Of a DNA stretch of 64,000 nucleotides, positions 21,466-37,721 are shown one piece after another. The first letter of the stretch is position 1, and the number at the start of each line of letters is the position of its first letter. The position numbers and the translations under genes are program-made. Origin of the DNA: Fibrobacterales bacterium (lineage in GTDB: Bacteria > Fibrobacterota > Fibrobacteria > Fibrobacterales > JAOPTW01); assembly GCA_051532055.1 (NCBI GenBank), contig JAOPTX010000003.1:71356-135355 (forward strand), in the 5' to 3' direction. The notes under the pieces were generated by a model. The model did not search any database and was not told where the DNA came from. It saw only the letters and a program-made list of their open reading frames with translations.

Positions 21466-22305
21466 ATGACACAATTAAATATTTATAGTTTTTACGACTA
21501 TCGTGAATTTTTAAAAACCTATCTTCATTGGCAAAATGAGAATAATCCTCTATTTTCTCACCGATGGTTTACTCAAAAAGCTGGATACCGCTCAACGGGA
21601 TTGTATCTGGATATTGTACAGAGTAAAAGTAATTTAACAGTAAACATGGCGTCAAAATTTGCAAAGGCGATGAAGCTCAGTGAACGAGAGCACGAATATC
21701 TTGTGTTACTCATTCTCTACGACACTTGTAAAAATGATGCGGCTAAAGAGCAGTATCTTGAAGAGATTAAACGGTTTGTACCTACAAAATATACACAGCT
21801 CAAAGATCATCACCGACGCTATTATGAAAACTGGTATTATAGTGCAATTCGAGAGGCCCTATGTATTTTAGATATCGGTGATAATAGTGCTGACCTTGCG
21901 AGATATTTAAAACCTAATATTACCGGAGCTCAGGTTGATGAGGCCCTAGAAACACTGAAAGAACTCGATTTAATAGAACAGGATGATGATGGTTTTTGGA
22001 AGGCACGGAATAACTGCCTATCTGCGGGGGCTGAAATAGGAACCGAAAGTATTCGTACCTATCACCACAACATGATCACCCTTGCTCGAGAGTCCATTAC
22101 GCGATTTACACCAGACAAAAGATATGTGACCTCTCAATCATTAGCGATATCTCAGAATAAATACACAGAGCTTCTTACTAAGATTAAAGCCATATATATG
22201 GAACTGTTTGATAGTGTTGGTGAAGACACTGATGAACAGTTTGTCTATCAATTTAATATTCAATTTTTTCCACTCACGGAATCCGTAATTCGGTCTGATG
22301 GATAA
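21466..22305 (+). CDS. TIGR02147-family protein (HTH + DUF4423-like), putative regulator
   Basis: IYSFYDYREFL, FSHRWF..KAG, YYENWYYSAIRE, VYQFNIQFFPL. Confidence 0.85.
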   Translation: MTQLNIYSFYDYREFLKTYLHWQNENNPLFSHRWFTQKAGYRSTGLYLDIVQSKSNLTVNMASKFAKAMKLSEREHEYLVLLILYDTCKNDAAKEQYLEEIKRFVPTKYTQLKDHHRRYYENWYYSAIREALCILDIGDNSADLARYLKPNITGAQVDEALETLKELDLIEQDDDGFWKARNNCLSAGAEIGTESIRTYHHNMITLARESITRFTPDKRYVTSQSLAISQNKYTELLTKIKAIYMELFDSVGEDTDEQFVYQFNIQFFPLTESVIRSDG

Positions 22306-23923
22306 GGAATGTATGAAACAATCAATTTTTTCAATGGTAATTTTTTCTATAGCGTGCATTTTTTGGCACTGCTCTGTCTCTGAAACGAGTGGCACAGCAT
22401 CTGGTGCAGAAAATGCAATTGCAGGGGTTCTTTATAATCCTGATACAACAGTTGCTGTGGGAGTACCTATTTCGCTGCGCCAAGCAACGGATCAACCAGA
22501 CGAAAACACCTTAGTCTATTTTGATACAACCGATACATATGGCGAATTTTCCTTTAATCAAGGTATTTCTGAAGGGATTTTTGTTGCTACCTATACATAT
22601 GAATCTAAAGTTGTGGGTACCCGTACTATGGTTATACCTGGGGATAGTGATGTAGTGATTCTCCTCCAGCCAACCTATGATGCAACTATTGTGATACCAG
22701 AGAACATTGATAGTGCTGTGGTTTGGGTTGCAGGGGATAGTAGTGTGACTCCGGTGGGAGCGGGTGACACCCTTTACATTCAGTCACTTCCTATAGGAGT
22801 AAAAACTCTGTATCTACAACACGATTCAGTGGTAACTACTGAGACGGTTACCATTGTTGAAACGAGTAGTTCTTCTGTCAATAGAGTCTCTTCAGCTGAT
22901 GTACAGAACTATCATGGTTCTTCGAGTTCTATTGACATTGTTTTACCAGAACCAGATGTGTCATCACAATCGAATGCAATCCCAGTAATAACCACTGATA
23001 CGGTACCAGTACATCCTATTGACACAGCCCATCCCATTCATCTTCAGTGGAGTGATACCATAGATGTTGCTATCAATCATCCATCGTACCCCCTCACTTC
23101 ATTTATGTTTAAAGAGGAGCAAGAATTTAAACATCTTGTATGGGAACAACTTGATAGTTCGGTATATTTTATCAGAAACGATACTGTTATCTACAAAGAT
23201 TATGGCATAGGAACACTGAGAGCTGTTGATACGGTTACGTGGCGTGAAGGTATTTTTTATATACGAGTAGAAAAATATTTTGATCCACGACTCAATGTTC
23301 ATGGTGGTGTACATACTTATGAGAGTGTTATGATAGATACTCTTCGTATTATGAAAACTAATATGGCTGTAAATACTGATTCAGGAAGTAGTTGTTATGA
23401 GGACGATGAAGGACTTTGTTCACTGTATGGAAAACTATACGATTGGGAAGCCGCAAAAGACATTTGCCCTGTTGGGTGGAGGCTTCCTTGGAATAGTGAG
23501 TGGAGGGCGATCGGCGAATATATAACTGCGCAAGAAACCTTGAATAGAGCCTATAGTGATATTTGGCTAGTGGGCCCTCAATTGATGGATACGCTTAAAT
23601 TATGGTGGGATGAGAGTGGTGATACCATAGAGGTCTCGGGAGATCATTATGGCTTTTCAGCCTTTCCGGCAGGGTATTATGATGAAACAACTGAAGAGTA
23701 CAAAGAGCTCCATACGAGTGGTACCTTTTGGGGGATCGATGATTCAGACATAGAAGAGCGTACTACAATAGCATGGGCCCTCCGCTCAAATAGCAAAAAC
23801 TTCTCTCGATCAGCTATTCAACCTTTAAGGAGTTATGATATGGATACGGGAGAAACTATAGTGGTCGAGTATCCAGATATCTCTAAAAATAGATATTCAG
23901 TTCGCTGTGTTCTTGATCGATAA
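22298..23923 (+). CDS. Lipoprotein with carboxypeptidase-regulatory-like N-domain and C-terminal FISUMP domain
   Basis: Overlaps TIGR02147 stop; FWHC followed by GTASGAEN; YGKLYDW, ICPVGWRLP, YGFSAFPAG, SVRCVLD. True start may be the second Met (22313). Confidence 0.8.
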   Translation: MDKECMKQSIFSMVIFSIACIFWHCSVSETSGTASGAENAIAGVLYNPDTTVAVGVPISLRQATDQPDENTLVYFDTTDTYGEFSFNQGISEGIFVATYTYESKVVGTRTMVIPGDSDVVILLQPTYDATIVIPENIDSAVVWVAGDSSVTPVGAGDTLYIQSLPIGVKTLYLQHDSVVTTETVTIVETSSSSVNRVSSADVQNYHGSSSSIDIVLPEPDVSSQSNAIPVITTDTVPVHPIDTAHPIHLQWSDTIDVAINHPSYPLTSFMFKEEQEFKHLVWEQLDSSVYFIRNDTVIYKDYGIGTLRAVDTVTWREGIFYIRVEKYFDPRLNVHGGVHTYESVMIDTLRIMKTNMAVNTDSGSSCYEDDEGLCSLYGKLYDWEAAKDICPVGWRLPWNSEWRAIGEYITAQETLNRAYSDIWLVGPQLMDTLKLWWDESGDTIEVSGDHYGFSAFPAGYYDETTEEYKELHTSGTFWGIDDSDIEERTTIAWALRSNSKNFSRSAIQPLRSYDMDTGETIVVEYPDISKNRYSVRCVLDR

Positions 23924-23998
23924 AAGGAGGGGGATTCAATATTTTACAGCTTTTAATTCATTCAGAAGCTTCGGAACATCTTCGGAACGATAGATCGC

Positions 23999-24038
23999 GG
24001 GATATCTTGGTAATACATGATATCCCATTTTTATTTTT
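23999..24038 (+). terminator. Intrinsic terminator
   Basis: GGGATATC...GATATCCC followed by ATTTTTATTTTT. Confidence 0.65.
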
Positions 24039-24108
24039 ACCTCAAATGATACCTTTGGTTTTAGCGACACACGCTTAATGTAACACAAAAAATCAAAAGG
24101 GATTTATA

Positions 24109-24834
24109 ATGAATTTTTCAAAACTAATGGTTATTACCACTACTTCAATGCTTCTTGCATTTGGTTCAGCTTCAGCAAAAGAGTACACACATATTTCAAA
24201 TGCTTATACAAAAATTACTGCTTCATCAGTAGAAGGTGATATGTATCCAGTATCACACCTAGTAGATGGGGATAATGAGAGTCGTTGGGCTTCAGCATGG
24301 TCTGATGTACAAACAATTGAGATGGATTTTGATGGAGCGAAACCTATTGATAAAATTGTACTCAATTGGGAAGATGCCTTTGCTCATTCACTCAAGATTT
24401 ATGGTAAAAAGTATAATGAAAATTCAAATTGGGAATTAGTGAGAGAATTAAGTAGTCTTAATGGCGGCGAGACTGTTATTGAAGATAACCTTGGCAGTTT
24501 TCGTATGCTTAAATTTGAAATGTCTGATAGAGAGCTTTCACAATACGGTATTTCTCTCTATGAAATCGAAGTATTCTCTGAAGTAAATCATATTCTTGCT
24601 AAAGAAGTTACTCTTCAAGCACAGAGTACTTATAACTATGGCCAATATGATGAGTGTAATAGCGCTAATCATGGAAAAATGGTTATGGTAACAAGTAATT
24701 ACAAAACTTCTCAACCGCATAGTTATATCAAGGCATGTTTGATGAGTTCAACGCATGAAGCAGGGTCATCACCATGGTCAGCAAATGTATATTTTGAATG
24801 GGTTAAGCTTGCTACAGGTACATTCTCAGAATAA
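24109..24834 (+). CDS. Secreted discoidin (F5/8 type C, CBM32-like) domain protein
   Basis: Signal peptide; TASS...HLVDGDNESRWAS...IVLNWE...YGISLYEIEVF. Confidence 0.8.
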   Translation: MNFSKLMVITTTSMLLAFGSASAKEYTHISNAYTKITASSVEGDMYPVSHLVDGDNESRWASAWSDVQTIEMDFDGAKPIDKIVLNWEDAFAHSLKIYGKKYNENSNWELVRELSSLNGGETVIEDNLGSFRMLKFEMSDRELSQYGISLYEIEVFSEVNHILAKEVTLQAQSTYNYGQYDECNSANHGKMVMVTSNYKTSQPHSYIKACLMSSTHEAGSSPWSANVYFEWVKLATGTFSE

Positions 24835-24891
24835 TGAAAACCGTCACTGTGATTGTATCATAGAGACATATGCACAATTACAGTGAATTTG

Positions 24892-24926
24892 AGAGAGTGG
24901 TAATGCTATTACCGCTCTCTTTTTTT
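24892..24926 (+). terminator. Intrinsic terminator
   Basis: AGAGAGTGGTAAT-gct-ATTACCGCTCTCT followed by T run. Confidence 0.8.
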
Positions 24927-24960
24927 ATGTTTCTTTGTGGAATTTATTTGGAAACCTACA

Positions 24961-25410
24961 ATGAACACTCCTACAATTATTTCTTTACTCCTTATGACTC
25001 AGTTCCTTTCTGCCGCATCATCAGACAAACAAAACTATGGAACACTCATTTGTGATGAAGTCACCTCAATCTATGATGGTGACACATTTAGATGTAGTAT
25101 AAAGGATGTGCATCCACTCATTGGGAATAGAGTCAGTATTAGGGTTAATGGAGTTGACACTCCTGAGATCAAAGGTAAAAGCAAGAAAGAGATTGTTCTA
25201 GCCAGAAAAGCAAAGAAACGAACCGTCTCCTTTGTGAGAAACTGCCCTGAGAAGATTACCCTAAAAAATGTGCGTAGAGGAAAGTATTTTAGAATTGCTG
25301 CTGACGTCTATTGTGGTAACGTATCTTTGGCGAAGATGCTTATTAAAGAGGGATTAGGGTATGAGTATTATGGGGGCAGAAAAAAGAAGTGGTTCTCTAA
25401 GGGTAAGTAA
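24961..25410 (+). CDS. Thermonuclease (SNase) family protein
   Basis: YDGDTF, IRVNGVDTPE, GKYFRIAADV, LIKEGLG; ATG at 24961 preferred. Confidence 0.88.
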   Translation: MNTPTIISLLLMTQFLSAASSDKQNYGTLICDEVTSIYDGDTFRCSIKDVHPLIGNRVSIRVNGVDTPEIKGKSKKEIVLARKAKKRTVSFVRNCPEKITLKNVRRGKYFRIAADVYCGNVSLAKMLIKEGLGYEYYGGRKKKWFSKGK

Positions 25411-25452
25411 CAATTGAATACTGATAGTAGGTACTTTTGCAGTTGTTGATTT

Positions 25453-25491
25453 AAATGCACTGATTAGATTATCCTAATCAGTGCATTTTTT
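25453..25491. terminator. Bidirectional intrinsic terminator
   Basis: Perfect 15-bp inverted repeat AAATGCACTGATTAG / CTAATCAGTGCATTT between convergent genes. Confidence 0.85.
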
Positions 25492-25501
25492 GATCTATTG
25501 C

Positions 25502-31939
<6,438 letters not shown>

Positions 31940-32198
31940 AGGGAGGTCCTTTAAAGAGGTATTGAATAAAAAAGTATGGATTAGATAAGGAAATAAATAT
32001 ACTAAAGCAAAAGAGTGTTTGAATTGTGGGTAAGCATATATGCATATACCTGTTTATAAACTGATAATTTTATGTGGATTTTAAGATAGTTTGCCCCGTA
32101 AGTGCTTACTTGTGGTAAACGCTTGGAGTGGTGATCGCTATTTGTGTACTACGGTTATTTTAATGAACAAAGATAATAGAAGCATGTTACCGGTGTTT

Positions 32199-33689
32199 CT
32201 AAATACTATACCAACCAGAAACTAATGGTTTTTGGTTGGGTGTAGTATCCATAGTAACAGTCTTTTTGCGACTGTAAGATTTTAGACTATCCAGACCAAG
32301 TTCTTTTCCATATCCACTATTCTTAAAGCCACCAAAGGGAACTTCACTCGAAAATGCCCCATAGGTGTTCACCCAGACCGTTCCTACATTTAAGGCTCTT
32401 ATTGCGCGCTGTATATATGCTTGATTATTGGTCCATATTGAAGCGGCGAGGCCATACTCAGAACTATTAGCCAGTGTTATAGCGTTATTAATTGAATTAT
32501 AAGGCGCGGTAATCAGAACGGGCCCAAATACCTCTTCATTCCATATATCCATATCCGATGTTACGTTACTTAATATGGTAGGTGGGAAGAAAGCACCTTT
32601 TGTAGGTATTTCACTCAGTTGGAGTGGGGTTATTCTCACAGCACCTTGGCCAATAGCTTGAGCAACCATTTTTGATACTTTCTCTCTATGGGTTGTACTG
32701 ATGAGTGGCCCCATATCTGTTGTGGGTCGCTCTCCTGAGGCTATTACTAATGCAGAGGCTTTCTGTGCAAGAAGCTCGGTAAATTTTTTGTAGATAGATT
32801 CATGAATGAGAAGACGTGATCCTGCGACACACATCTGCCCTTGGTTCATAAAGATGGTTGTTAAAATGGTGCGAGCAGTGCTTTCTAAGTTACAATCTTC
32901 ACATACAATAGTGGGGGACTTCCCCCCAAGTTCAAGAGTAACGGGTGCAAGATTAATTGCGGTGCTCTCTACAATTGCTCGTCCTGTTTTGGTAGACCCC
33001 GTAAAGGATACTTTAGCGATACCCATATGACCAGTCAGTGTTGGACCGATCTCTTCGCCAATGCCGGTTACTACATTAAGTGCTCCTTTGGGCAGGACTG
33101 TATCACTTAGTTTTTCACACAACGTTAAAAGTGACGCTGAGGTGAGCTCTGATGGTTTCATCACGATAGTATTGCCCGCAGCAAGGGCAGGTGCAATTTT
33201 CCACGCGGCCATTAAGAGTGGATAGTTCCAGGGTACAATCTGTGCAACAACGCCAAGGGGTTCATACTGAGTGTACGTGAAGGTACTGCCGTCTGTAGGG
33301 AATGTCTCACCCTTAAGTGAGAGTACCAGTGATGCATAGGTTCTAAAAACCTTTGCCGCTTCGGGAATATCAATAAGTGATGACTCTTTGATGGGTTTGC
33401 CATTTTCCTGAGTCTCTATTTGCGAGAGTAACCCTGAGTGCTCTTCAATAACTTCAGCAATTTCCCGTAGGATGTCGGCTCTGTCGTGATACGAAAGTGA
33501 CTGCCACTCACCTGAGTAATAGCACTCTTTTGCAGCTGTTATTGCTTTATTGATATCCTCAGGGGTTCCTTGTTGAATAGTCCACAGCAGCGCACCAGTG
33601 GCAGGGTTAATAGAATCAATAGTGTTCTCTGTAGTGCCTGTGCACCACTCGCCACCAATAAAGTGGCCATACTCTTTAGACACGATCAA
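32199..33689 (-). CDS. NAD(P)-dependent aldehyde dehydrogenase
   Basis: PWNYP, KPSELT, FTGST, LELGGKSP, GQMCVAG, EEVFGP, FGGFKNSGYG. Confidence 0.95.
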   Translation of the reverse strand: MIVSKEYGHFIGGEWCTGTTENTIDSINPATGALLWTIQQGTPEDINKAITAAKECYYSGEWQSLSYHDRADILREIAEVIEEHSGLLSQIETQENGKPIKESSLIDIPEAAKVFRTYASLVLSLKGETFPTDGSTFTYTQYEPLGVVAQIVPWNYPLLMAAWKIAPALAAGNTIVMKPSELTSASLLTLCEKLSDTVLPKGALNVVTGIGEEIGPTLTGHMGIAKVSFTGSTKTGRAIVESTAINLAPVTLELGGKSPTIVCEDCNLESTARTILTTIFMNQGQMCVAGSRLLIHESIYKKFTELLAQKASALVIASGERPTTDMGPLISTTHREKVSKMVAQAIGQGAVRITPLQLSEIPTKGAFFPPTILSNVTSDMDIWNEEVFGPVLITAPYNSINNAITLANSSEYGLAASIWTNNQAYIQRAIRALNVGTVWVNTYGAFSSEVPFGGFKNSGYGKELGLDSLKSYSRKKTVTMDTTPNQKPLVSGWYSI

Positions 33690-34680
33690 GCTCCTTTACG
33701 GGAGCAGCTTTCCAGAGTTCAAAGATTCGATAGAAAGGAGCGTACCATTTTGAGAGATCGCCTATATGTCCTTTAATGAGTTTTAGTTTTTTCTGACTGG
33801 TTGCGGCAAAAGGATCGAGCCTTCCATTAAAAACATGAATCCAAATTTCTCGTTTACCCATGTTAATAAAATCGGCATCATCATCATTGGTGATTTTTGT
33901 AAGGACACCTTTATTGAAATGCATGTTGTAGATAGTCCCATCATCAGTGAGTTTAATCGCGTAGCGTGTGGTCAAGTCAGAAGCTTCTCCTAGTGAGAGT
34001 GCTTCAGGGTCATTATTAATGAGGGTCTGTAGTTTTTCAATGTGGGCATCAGTAAAGACCTCATAGCTCTCACTAGGTTTTTCAGGGGCTTCTTCTACTC
34101 GTTTTGTATTTTGGTGCCCAAGGAGGACTGAATTAAGGGTAATCTTGGCTGCTGATTCTGCAGTGTCAGCCAAAGAATATGCCTCAATGAGGGTTTCACC
34201 GGCTGCTACGAGACCATGTTTTTCAAGAAAAACTATGGAGCTCGTTTGAAATGCGTTAAGTAGTGCAGGGATGTCGGTCACCGTTGGACTTTTCTGTGCG
34301 AGCACTGGGGGCTTTCCTAAGATGAGTGATGACTCATAGGTGCTTGACTCAAGTTCTCTGTTGCAGTTTAATAGGGATAATAGTGTAGTGGGATGGAGAT
34401 GGACGACTGCCTTGTAGCTTTCAGTGTTATAGAGCGCAAGATGCATATCGCTTTCAGTAGAGGTTCGTTTGCTGTTTGGTTCAATTAATGAGCCGGTATT
34501 ATCGATAAGAAGTAGGTCATCTTCAGTTATAAAACCAAGTGATGTTTGATGTGCCGTTATTAGAATTTCATTCTCATTAAGGCGACAGGATATATTTCCA
34601 CCCCAACCTGAAGTGAGTCCTTTGGTAAAGGCCATTTTTCCGATCTCTATTATCTGTTCTATACAACGTTGTTTGCTCAT
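33676..34680 (-). CDS. Class II aldolase/adducin-family protein fused to a C-terminal SCP2-like domain
   Basis: GGNISCR, STESDMH, VHLHP, EKHG; C-terminal DADF...W..VFNGRLDPFAA..QKKLKL.KG. Confidence 0.82.
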   Translation of the reverse strand: MSKQRCIEQIIEIGKMAFTKGLTSGWGGNISCRLNENEILITAHQTSLGFITEDDLLLIDNTGSLIEPNSKRTSTESDMHLALYNTESYKAVVHLHPTTLLSLLNCNRELESSTYESSLILGKPPVLAQKSPTVTDIPALLNAFQTSSIVFLEKHGLVAAGETLIEAYSLADTAESAAKITLNSVLLGHQNTKRVEEAPEKPSESYEVFTDAHIEKLQTLINNDPEALSLGEASDLTTRYAIKLTDDGTIYNMHFNKGVLTKITNDDDADFINMGKREIWIHVFNGRLDPFAATSQKKLKLIKGHIGDLSKWYAPFYRIFELWKAAPVKELDRV

Positions 34681-35189
34681 TGGCTATTCTCTGAAATAAG
34701 TTGGCTGGTAAGGTTTGGTAACATAATGTCTTTTTCTGGAATAAGGTCGTACTTAAAGGCTATGGTTGTAACGTTTGTAGGTATTATGTCACAATCAAAA
34801 AAGGTTTGGTCAGGAATATTTGACGTATCAATAGGAATGGTATAGGCTGGGATATTTAACTGTTTTGAAAAGAGCAACCCAATGGCACTACCAGGAAGGG
34901 TATTCCATTCAGTATCGGTTTTTTTATGGCCCTGAATATACAGGGCACTTATCTCTCTGTTCTGAAAGAGTGACCCAATCATATTGTCAGTTATGAGAGT
35001 GAGTGAAATGTTATGTTCACCGTAGTTTTGTATTGCATCAGAAACATCCTTTTCAAAAGGGCGTGTTTCAGTCACATAGAGGGTTGAACAGTCAGCATGA
35101 TTGGAAAAGATGGTATCAAGTGTCTCTTCTGTAGGGATGCCAATAAGAAGTATATGCATAGTTGACCTTAAATAAGGAGTCGTATCCAA
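34677..35189 (-). CDS. Short MtnA/eIF2B-like protein (C-terminal domain only, catalytic residues absent)
   Basis: YVTETRPF, LTLITDN, LNIPAY, YDLIP align by eye with the neighbouring MtnA (YATETRPY, VTLIPDN, CGIPFF, FDMTP). Confidence 0.7.
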   Translation of the reverse strand: MDTTPYLRSTMHILLIGIPTEETLDTIFSNHADCSTLYVTETRPFEKDVSDAIQNYGEHNISLTLITDNMIGSLFQNREISALYIQGHKKTDTEWNTLPGSAIGLLFSKQLNIPAYTIPIDTSNIPDQTFFDCDIIPTNVTTIAFKYDLIPEKDIMLPNLTSQLISENSQ

Positions 35190-35212
35190 ATGAGGGTACG
35201 ACTCCTAAAGTG

Positions 35213-36712
35213 TTATTGTGCTGGGGTTGCTTCTGACGATGCTTCAGCTGGAGCAACCGCTGCTTCACCACTTGCTGCTTGAGCATAATCATCCATCGAA
35301 CGCATATAGCTTTGGAAGATTTTGAGAGGAAATGAGTTAATGGTTTCACTTTCTAGAATGCGTTGTACACGCCCTCTAGCCGAGTAAAATTCACGGTTTG
35401 CCCATGCGGCAATTTGTCCGAGCTCTTCTCTTTTTAAGTGTTTGGTTCGTACCACTGGCTCATGGAAATTCCAACGATCGAAGTCCGTGATTTCACAAAA
35501 CTCCTTTACTTCTTCGTACATAGGGATTCCCGGTACAGGGAGAAGCATTTGTAGTGCCATGATATCTGGATCGATATCGTCGAGAACTGCAAAACGTTTT
35601 TTTAAACTCCGCGCACTGTCATCAGGGAAGCCAATGATCCATGTGATTACTGAAGTAATATTCATTTCACGAAGTGCTTCAGTGACCTCTTTTATTTCAG
35701 CGACTGTTGTACCTTTTTTCACTTTCTTTAACTCTGCATCATCGGTTACTTCTAATCCATATATCACTGCACCGAGGCCGCATTTTTGAAGCTCGGGGAG
35801 TAAATCAAGGTCACGTTTGAGTGAATGGGCATTACCGAGGAAATTAAAGTTTACGGGAAGCTTACGTTCTTGAAGTTCTGTAAGGAATGCTTCAGTACGT
35901 TTACGCGATGGGTTAAAGTTAAGATCAAAAATACTGATATTATCAACACCATAATTAACGTAAAGATGCTCCATTTCATCAACAACTCGTTTTGCTGATT
36001 TGTAGCGATGTTTCATCCAGTCATTATTTCCCCGTGGATCCATAGTAACCCAGTCGATACAAAAGCTGCAGCCAAATGGGCAGCCACGCGAAGTAAAAAT
36101 CTCTTGGTAAGTATCGATCTGATCATACCCGATATATTTATCCATAGGGAAGAGTTCATAGGCTGGCATTGGTAACGAGTCGAGGTCTTTAATGAGTGGT
36201 CTATACTCATTGACGATGAGCTCATCTAAATCAGATCGGTGACAAAGCCCTTTAATGGTAGAGAGGTCGCCATCATCTGTTGCAAGTGTTGCTACAAGTT
36301 CGGTAACGGTGAGGTCTGGTTCGCCAGCAATGACATAGTCATACTGTGGCGTTTCATTGGCGATATCTTTATAGTTAGCTGCGATGTAGAAACCACCAGC
36401 GCAGATGCTCACTTCAGGGAACATTTCTTTAATCATTACTGCTGCACGTTCATAGTGAGGAATAATTGAGAGCGTCTGTGTCATTTGATACGCATCACCA
36501 AGATATATGAGGTCGGGTTGACGTGTATCAATTTCTTGAAGCATTTGCTCGTGTTGAAAGTCCTCCGCTCTACAGTCGAGTGCTTCAACGGTTACATCTT
36601 TTACATCGCGCTGTATGCATGCTGCTATTTGTGCATGACTTACGTTGATTGCAATGTGCTTTCCCCATGTGACCCATGATCCCATGGGAGGTTGTAAAAA
36701 TAGTACTTTCAT
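35213..36712 (-). CDS. Cobalamin (B12)-binding radical SAM enzyme
   Basis: Start MKVLFLQPP at 36712 with GAGGA RBS; B12-domain motifs GG, DYVIAGE, DLDSLPMP; SRGCPFGCSFC; YGLE, IIGFP, PVPGIP. Confidence 0.9.
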   Translation of the reverse strand: MKVLFLQPPMGSWVTWGKHIAINVSHAQIAACIQRDVKDVTVEALDCRAEDFQHEQMLQEIDTRQPDLIYLGDAYQMTQTLSIIPHYERAAVMIKEMFPEVSICAGGFYIAANYKDIANETPQYDYVIAGEPDLTVTELVATLATDDGDLSTIKGLCHRSDLDELIVNEYRPLIKDLDSLPMPAYELFPMDKYIGYDQIDTYQEIFTSRGCPFGCSFCIDWVTMDPRGNNDWMKHRYKSAKRVVDEMEHLYVNYGVDNISIFDLNFNPSRKRTEAFLTELQERKLPVNFNFLGNAHSLKRDLDLLPELQKCGLGAVIYGLEVTDDAELKKVKKGTTVAEIKEVTEALREMNITSVITWIIGFPDDSARSLKKRFAVLDDIDPDIMALQMLLPVPGIPMYEEVKEFCEITDFDRWNFHEPVVRTKHLKREELGQIAAWANREFYSARGRVQRILESETINSFPLKIFQSYMRSMDDYAQAASGEAAVAPAEASSEATPAQ

Positions 36713-36725
36713 TGTGTCCTCTTGG

Positions 36726-37721
36726 TTATTTACTCCAGGCTTCTGGTAATTCAGAAGGCGATAGAGCAGCATTAAATGTTATTAGTTTTGTTATAAGGGT
36801 GTGTGGAGTCATATCAAATGCAGGGTAATAGGCATCAGTATGCTCTGGATATATTTTTCTATCTTTAAAGGTTGTTACCTCACGACTATCACGGTGTTCA
36901 ATAGGAACTTCTTCACCTGTTTCCGTAGAACCAGGATCTTGCACTAATGAAAAGAAGGGAATACCGCACTCTTTTGCGATTGTTGCAATTTGAAAGGTAC
37001 CCGTTTTATTGACCACATCACCATTAAGCGCGACTCTATCGGCTCCGGTAATGACTTTAGTAATGGTTCCTGATATAATAATCGAAGCGGTTCTATTATC
37101 TGGTATGAGCGTTACTGAAAATCCTTCTTTCTGTAATTCCCATGCGGTCAACCGTCCTTGAAAGTAAGGGCGGGTCTCAGTTGCATAAAATGAGAGTGAC
37201 TTACCTTGTGCTTTGCAAAGCTGTGCAATGAGCAGTAATTCACCACTTGTATTACAGTGAGTTAATACAATATCACCATCATCAAATAGTTCAGTCGCAA
37301 GCTTTGCTCGGTGGAGGCGCATCTGTTTGATGCGCTCTAAAAATCCTAAGACTTTAGTCTCTGCAAACTCTTTTGTGTCTTTCTCATTTTGAGTAATACC
37401 TTCATAAACCCACTGCTTAACCATAGCCGTGTATGTTTTAAAGCTAAATGTTGGCCTGCTCTTATTGAGTGCTTCAACAGCATCGGCTATTGTTACTTCA
37501 AGAACATCTTCTTCAGTATTTCTTATGGTTATGATAAGAGCATAAAATACGGTGAGAAGTTGTCCAAATGCGCGGGTCTTCATGTCTCGTATAACGGTCA
37601 CCGCTTCTGAATAATCAGAAACGGTGATGTAGGTTATCGCTTCAGGAAGCGCAGTCTCATCAAGTACTTCAAACGTCTTATGCTGTAGTCGCGCCGACCA
37701 ACCCAGAAGTGGAAATTCCAT
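36726..37721 (-). CDS. mtnA: S-methyl-5-thioribose-1-phosphate isomerase-family (MtnA/DrdI-like) aldose-ketose isomerase
   Basis: LDETALP, SRPT, LTHCN, ETRPYFQGRLTAWEL, GADRVALNGDVVNKTGT, PIEHR, PAFDMTP; ATG at 37721. Confidence 0.85.
   Translation of the reverse strand: MEFPLLGWSARLQHKTFEVLDETALPEAITYITVSDYSEAVTVIRDMKTRAFGQLLTVFYALIITIRNTEEDVLEVTIADAVEALNKSRPTFSFKTYTAMVKQWVYEGITQNEKDTKEFAETKVLGFLERIKQMRLHRAKLATELFDDGDIVLTHCNTSGELLLIAQLCKAQGKSLSFYATETRPYFQGRLTAWELQKEGFSVTLIPDNRTASIIISGTITKVITGADRVALNGDVVNKTGTFQIATIAKECGIPFFSLVQDPGSTETGEEVPIEHRDSREVTTFKDRKIYPEHTDAYYPAFDMTPHTLITKLITFNAALSPSELPEAWSK

Noticed and set aside
1697..23923. Diversity-generating retroelement targeting the FISUMP C-termini
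   Set aside because: No reverse transcriptase and no template repeat differing only at adenines was seen in the window
35213..36712. Calling the radical SAM bchE, hpnP or another named enzyme
   Set aside because: Only family-level motifs are visible; no chlorophyll or hopanoid genes nearby
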